Origin: Candidatus Nanohalobium sp.
Lineage (GTDB): Archaea; Nanohalarchaeota; Nanosalinia; Nanosalinales; Nanosalinaceae
Length of the DNA: 11,331 nt
Direction of reading: 5' to 3'
NCBI GenBank assembly: GCA_042217545.1
Contig: JBDGSM010000031.1
Coordinates: 1 to 11,331 of the forward strand
Position 1 is the stretch's first letter, and every line of letters starts with the position of its first letter. Under the pieces are notes generated by a model that made no database searches, was not told where the DNA came from, and worked only from the letters and a program-made list of their open reading frames with translations. Both the position numbers and the translations under genes were made by a program. Shown here piece by piece: positions 8,032 through 11,331 of this stretch.

Positions 8032-9136
8032 GTGTCCGAGTTGAACGAGCAGCAAAAAGTCGAAACAGTTGAAAGAGAAGATCTGACAGAGGTAGAGGAC
8101 CTAAGATCCGCGCTGACATCCGACAGACTGGTAAGGCCTCAGAAGAGAGCGTTTCCAAATACGAAGTTCACTACGGATAGTTCTGAAACAGTTGAAGTCT
8201 TCAGAGCCTCGGACAGCCCTGTATTCGAACTGGATCACAGCAGAGAACATATAATGGAGCCAGAAAAATATTGAATGGGCAGCGCTTACCGCAGAAGAGG
8301 CCTCAAAGTTCTACACGGAGCTTGCGGAGGAGTTGGAGGATATATTCGGCGAAGGTTCCGTACTTCACTTCTACGAGGCCTATGAGCCCGGCGATGAGGT
8401 GAAGATGTCTGACCACGTTGACAGGAACTCGAAGAAGCACAGCCTCTGGATGTACGTTAACGGAGAGCCATAGCTCACGGTCCAGGGAAAAGTACCGGAG
8501 GAAGAAGTACCAGGCCTCATGGAAAGGAAAGAGCATAAATGGGAGATCGACCACTACCTGGAAGAAGGACTCTACCTGGAGGAAGAGGAGATAATTGAAC
8601 AGAGAGTTCCTTTCGGCAACAAAGTCGTGGAGATAATGAACTCCGAAGCCGACAAGGAAACCGTGGAAGAACTTGAACAGATCTGGCAGGAGTACAACGA
8701 CTCCCTGAATAGCCGTGTGGACTACGAACCCGACTACGCAGACGCCTACAATAACATCAAAGGCCTGGACTACAGTGCAGAGGATATTCGGGAGTTCGCA
8801 CTGGCACACACAGAGTTCAGGGATGAGGCAAGCAGCAGACAGGAACAGAGAATGGGCCTGATGCTTTCAGCATTGATGAACTCCTCGGATGAAGACGTAT
8901 TCGCATTACCCGGTTACTGGTCATTGGCGTACCGTAACAACGGCAACCACGTCTTCGTAGAGGAGGAAGCACCATGGATAGGCCATGAGATGGAGGGAGG
9001 AACCCTTTCAGTTCCGTACGGAGCCCAGCTCGGCATAGAACCAGAGGGAACGGAGTACAGGACGGTAGATCGCGGCTACCTAGAGATAACAGAGGCCAGG
9101 ACCCAGAAGCTGCAGGATCCACAGGAAAAGGCCTGA
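8032..9136 (+). pseudogene. Disrupted ~367-codon acidic protein with a degenerate FwdC/GXGXG-like C-terminal region (one frameshift, one amber stop)
   Basis: The frame-1 ORF 8032-8274 continues in frame 2 if one A is removed from the A5 run at 8264-8268 (PENIEWAALTAEEASKFYTELAEELEDIFGEG...). Frame 2 meets TAG at 8471-8473, then reads LTVQGKVPEEEVPGL straight into the 8519-9136 ORF. Confidence 0.75.
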
Positions 9137-9137
9137 C

Positions 9138-9692
9138 CTACTCTATTCCTTCCTCAAGCTTTTTGCGGAAGACCTCACATCTCCTCGAAAAATTTCTGAA
9201 CTTTTCACTGTAGCTGTCATCCTTCAGCTCTCCCTCAGGTCCAAAGACCGTTTCCACACGGGAGATAGGCAGGTTAGGGCCTATGAAACCCCCGAACGTG
9301 ATCACGATGTCGTGAAGATGGTTCAACGCTCTTATACCACCGAACCCGCCTGAAGAAACTGTAATAAATCCAAACGGCTTGTCCTCGTACTCATCGTACA
9401 GGTAGTCCAGAGCAGTCTTCAGGACGCCAGGATAACTGTGGTTGTACTCCGGCGTCGTGATCACTATGAAATCCGCCGCAGCAACTTTCTCGGACAGCTC
9501 CTCGGCAACCCCGGGGACAGACTCCTCATCCTCGACATAGGTCCTGTTCCCGAGAGGAGGAAACTCTTTCTCCTTTAGATCAAATATCTCTGTCTCATGA
9601 CCATCCTCCTGGAAAACCTCGTCCACGGCCTCCGCCGCGTAAACAGATTTTCTACCTTCACGTGCTGTTCCTACAATGTTTAGAACCTTCAT
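9138..9692 (-). CDS. NAD(P)H-dependent FMN reductase (flavodoxin-like fold)
   Basis: IVGTAREGRKS, ADFIVITTPEYNHSYPGVLKTALDYL, KP...VSSGGFGGIRA. Confidence 0.95.
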   Translation of the reverse strand: MKVLNIVGTAREGRKSVYAAEAVDEVFQEDGHETEIFDLKEKEFPPLGNRTYVEDEESVPGVAEELSEKVAAADFIVITTPEYNHSYPGVLKTALDYLYDEYEDKPFGFITVSSGGFGGIRALNHLHDIVITFGGFIGPNLPISRVETVFGPEGELKDDSYSEKFRNFSRRCEVFRKKLEEGIE

Positions 9693-9715
9693 AAAGACAC
9701 AACTGCGCGGGAAAA

Positions 9716-9722
9716 CCTTAAA
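9716..9722 (-). promoter_or_regulatory. TATA box for the FMN reductase
   Basis: TTTAAGG on the minus strand, 24-30 nt upstream of ATG 9692. Confidence 0.6.
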
Positions 9723-9749
9723 TCCCGGTCACTCACCGCACGGTAATCC

Positions 9750-9781
9750 AAAAACAAACAGGATCAAAAACCACCAGAAAA
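9750..9781 (-). terminator. Putative oligo-T archaeal terminator after the PAC2 remnant
   Basis: Several T4-T5 tracts on the minus strand just 3' of the stop at 9787. Confidence 0.35.
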
Positions 9782-9786
9782 CTTTC

Positions 9787-10047
9787 CTAACGCTACATAT
9801 CCTCGGGATAGGCCTCAGTCGTCCTCTGCTGCTCCGCCCTACGTATCTCCTCCGCAAGCCTCTCCTTCTACCTCCGGATCTCATCAGCGGTCTCGATAAG
9901 TAGCTCAGTATCCACATCAAGACCTATCAGAGGCCTGATACCTTCATCGATCGCCACCTGCGCAGCTTTTGGATCAGGAAGGAAAGGATCAGTCTCCACA
10001 AGCAGTCCCAGGCTTTGAAGGCCGTTATCCGAGGCCTCGCGCATCAA
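9787..10047 (-). pseudogene. C-terminal remnant of a PAC2-family proteasome assembly chaperone (PbaA/PbaB-like)
   Basis: Reads LMREASDNGLQSLGLLVETDPFLPDPKAAQVAIDEGIRPLIGLDVDTELLIETADEIRR*KERLAEEIRRAEQQRTTEAYPEDM*R*. The PDP.AA, VDT..L.E.A.EI and M-[Y]-X-stop tail are typical of the family. In-frame TAGs at 9868-9870 and 9793-9795; the N-terminal majority is missing. Confidence 0.8.
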
Positions 10048-10237
10048 CCACAGGAACATCCTGGTCGTAACTTGAGTCCACAGAGATCAAAGGATCAAAT
10101 ATGCCGTGCTCCCAGAGCTTGTCCCTGAAGTCTCTCATATGCTCATGCGCAGTGTAATCAGTACTCGTCAGTTTATCATAGTCCACGGACACAGATATAT
10201 CCCCTACGAAATTCTTAGCCTCTCTCCGTTTTAACAA
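10025..10237 (-). pseudogene. C-terminally truncated paralog of the 10361-10645 protein (start uncertain, possibly GTG 10192)
   Basis: 18/49 identities without gaps to the upstream 94-aa protein; similarity ends at VPVVD, where the PAC2-like frame begins. Confidence 0.7.
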
Positions 10238-10360
10238 ACATTACAGAAAGACAAAGCTACTTCAACAGCTATAACAAACCAGAATACTCCACATACCAAA
10301 GGCCTTCTCCTGAAACATCTCCAGGAAATAAGAAAAGAAGGAGGGATTGAAACCTGGGGC

Positions 10361-10645
10361 CTAGAGCTCGAGATCCATGAATGCGGATTCCCAGATACCG
10401 TGCATCACTTCCTCAAACTCCTCCTCGTTCACACCTTCAAGCCTGTAAGTTTCAGAGAACTCATCATCAGCAACAGGATCATACACGTCAACCTCGACTA
10501 CATGAACGCCATCCCTGCAATCCTTTCCCACGGAAGCAGCAGGATGGTAAAGGCCTTCATCCTCAAGTTTCCCCTCCATATCCTTGAAATGCTGATAAGC
10601 CGTATAACCTAGATCAGTAAGCTTCTCGTGATCAATCACTTCCAC
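10361..10645 (-). CDS. Small acidic hypothetical protein
   Basis: 94 aa, GTG start, acidic. Coding status is supported by the adjacent paralog and an ATAAAAGG box at 10674-10681 on the minus strand. Confidence 0.78.
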   Translation of the reverse strand: MEVIDHEKLTDLGYTAYQHFKDMEGKLEDEGLYHPAASVGKDCRDGVHVVEVDVYDPVADDEFSETYRLEGVNEEEFEEVMHGIWESAFMDLEL

Positions 10646-10772
10646 ATTACTTCCAACAAATGTTTACATCAGACCTTTTATCCAGACTCTACAATCCAAC
10701 AACACTGTTCCAACAATTATACAGTACTCCACAAGAGACAGGAAGGTCAGAAGCGGGAAAGGCCTCTATACA

Positions 10773-10780
10773 TTTTTAAC
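10773..10780 (+). promoter_or_regulatory. TATA box for the 10807 gene
   Basis: TTTTTAAC 27-34 nt upstream of ATG 10807. Confidence 0.55.
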
Positions 10781-10806
10781 CCAGTAGCACAGTAAAACAA
10801 AAATAT

Positions 10807-11298
10807 ATGTCATCCCGCAACAGGCTCGAGGCAGCTGCGAAAAGACTTGAACAGATCGACGACGAAACAGACACAGAACTTCAGGAGCTCCAGGAAGCCA
10901 TAAAAACGATTGAAGAACTCCATGAAGAACACGTCGAAGAACTTGAAGACGACGAAGAATTCATAGAAGAACTCAAAGACCTCTACGTCGAAATAAGAGA
11001 CATCAGAAAGATCGAAGAACACCTGTACAACGAAATAGAACAGTACGGAAACGGAAACATCGCGAAACAACGCTTCAAAAAACTGTATGTCAGAGACGAA
11101 GACCAGCTCGTCGAAATCATCAGTGAAGTCAGGGAAGACCTGGAAGACATGATAACAATCCTCTCCGAAGAAGAAAGATTCACCAACAAAGACCTCGACA
11201 TCGAAGGAGCCACAGAAGAACTCGTAGACGCCCTAACAGAAGAAGAAAAACAACTTGAAGAATCCCACAAACAGATCGAAAAACGAATACTCGGGTAA
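10807..11298 (+). CDS. Highly acidic alpha-helical/coiled-coil hypothetical protein
   Basis: 163 aa, very E/D-rich heptad pattern, consistent A/C-ending codon usage, upstream TATA box. Confidence 0.85.
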   Translation: MSSRNRLEAAAKRLEQIDDETDTELQELQEAIKTIEELHEEHVEELEDDEEFIEELKDLYVEIRDIRKIEEHLYNEIEQYGNGNIAKQRFKKLYVRDEDQLVEIISEVREDLEDMITILSEEERFTNKDLDIEGATEELVDALTEEEKQLEESHKQIEKRILG

Positions 11299-11331
11299 AA
11301 AAGAAACACAAAGGAGAGAGGCCTTAACTCT

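Larger units (their letters stand above)
1358..11324. repeat. Dispersed highly iterated palindrome AGGCCT (37 copies)
   Basis: Hand-counted starts: 1358, 1475, 1793, 2702, 2928, 2948, 3238, 3430, 3578, 3747, 3780, 4032, 4148, 4375, 4676, 4736, 5554, 5651, 5665, 6021, 6753, 6808, 7356, 7849, 8134, 8298, 8376, 8512, 8761, 9129, 9810, 9931, 10032, 10300, 10551, 10760, 11319. Confidence 0.9.

Noticed and set aside
8275..8385. Short ATG ORF right after the 8274 stop (MGSAYRRRGLKV...)
   Set aside because: Basic, atypical composition; the overlapping frame 2 is a far better acidic coding frame.
8303..9122. Minus-strand ORFs 8303-8809 and 8817-9122
   Set aside because: Shadows of the disrupted plus-strand gene.
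9676..9920. ORFs 9676-9903 (+) and 9729-9920 (-, Arg-rich, looks like a tat or antimicrobial peptide)
   Set aside because: Explained as off-frame or antisense readings of the PAC2 remnant and its T-rich 3' region.
10381..11309. ORFs 10381-10587, 10400-10612, 10810-11070 and 10983-11309
   Set aside because: Opposite-strand shadows of the two acidic genes.
1..11331. CRISPR array, tRNA/rRNA, IS element or integrase
   Set aside because: No regularly spaced long repeats, cloverleaf, terminal inverted repeats or recombinase motifs seen; AGGCCT spacing is irregular and mostly intragenic.

Overview
Densely packed chromosomal DNA from a halophilic archaeon, most plausibly a nanohaloarchaeon (DPANN). 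This is inferred from Glu/Asp-rich proteins, TATA boxes about 24-35 nt upstream of leaderless or short-leader starts, a GGTGA Shine-Dalgarno and very short intergenic gaps. Left to right: an acidic protein with a possible ADP-ribosyltransferase-like N-terminus; lemA-htpX; a translationally coupled operon of two RimJ/RimL acetyltransferases, an S66 (MccF/LD-carboxypeptidase) peptidase and a third GNAT, divergent from an SdpI-family immunity protein; a small membrane protein, a coiled-coil protein and a winged-HTH protein; a ~367-codon gene broken by a frameshift and an amber stop; an NADPH-dependent FMN reductase; a hidden PAC2-family proteasome-assembly chaperone remnant fused by an apparent deletion to a truncated copy of a tandem-duplicated small protein; and an acidic coiled-coil protein. 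The strongest unexplained signal is the palindrome AGGCCT, hand-counted 37 times against about 3 expected, and absent from the first gene. No RNA genes, CRISPR arrays or mobile elements were seen.
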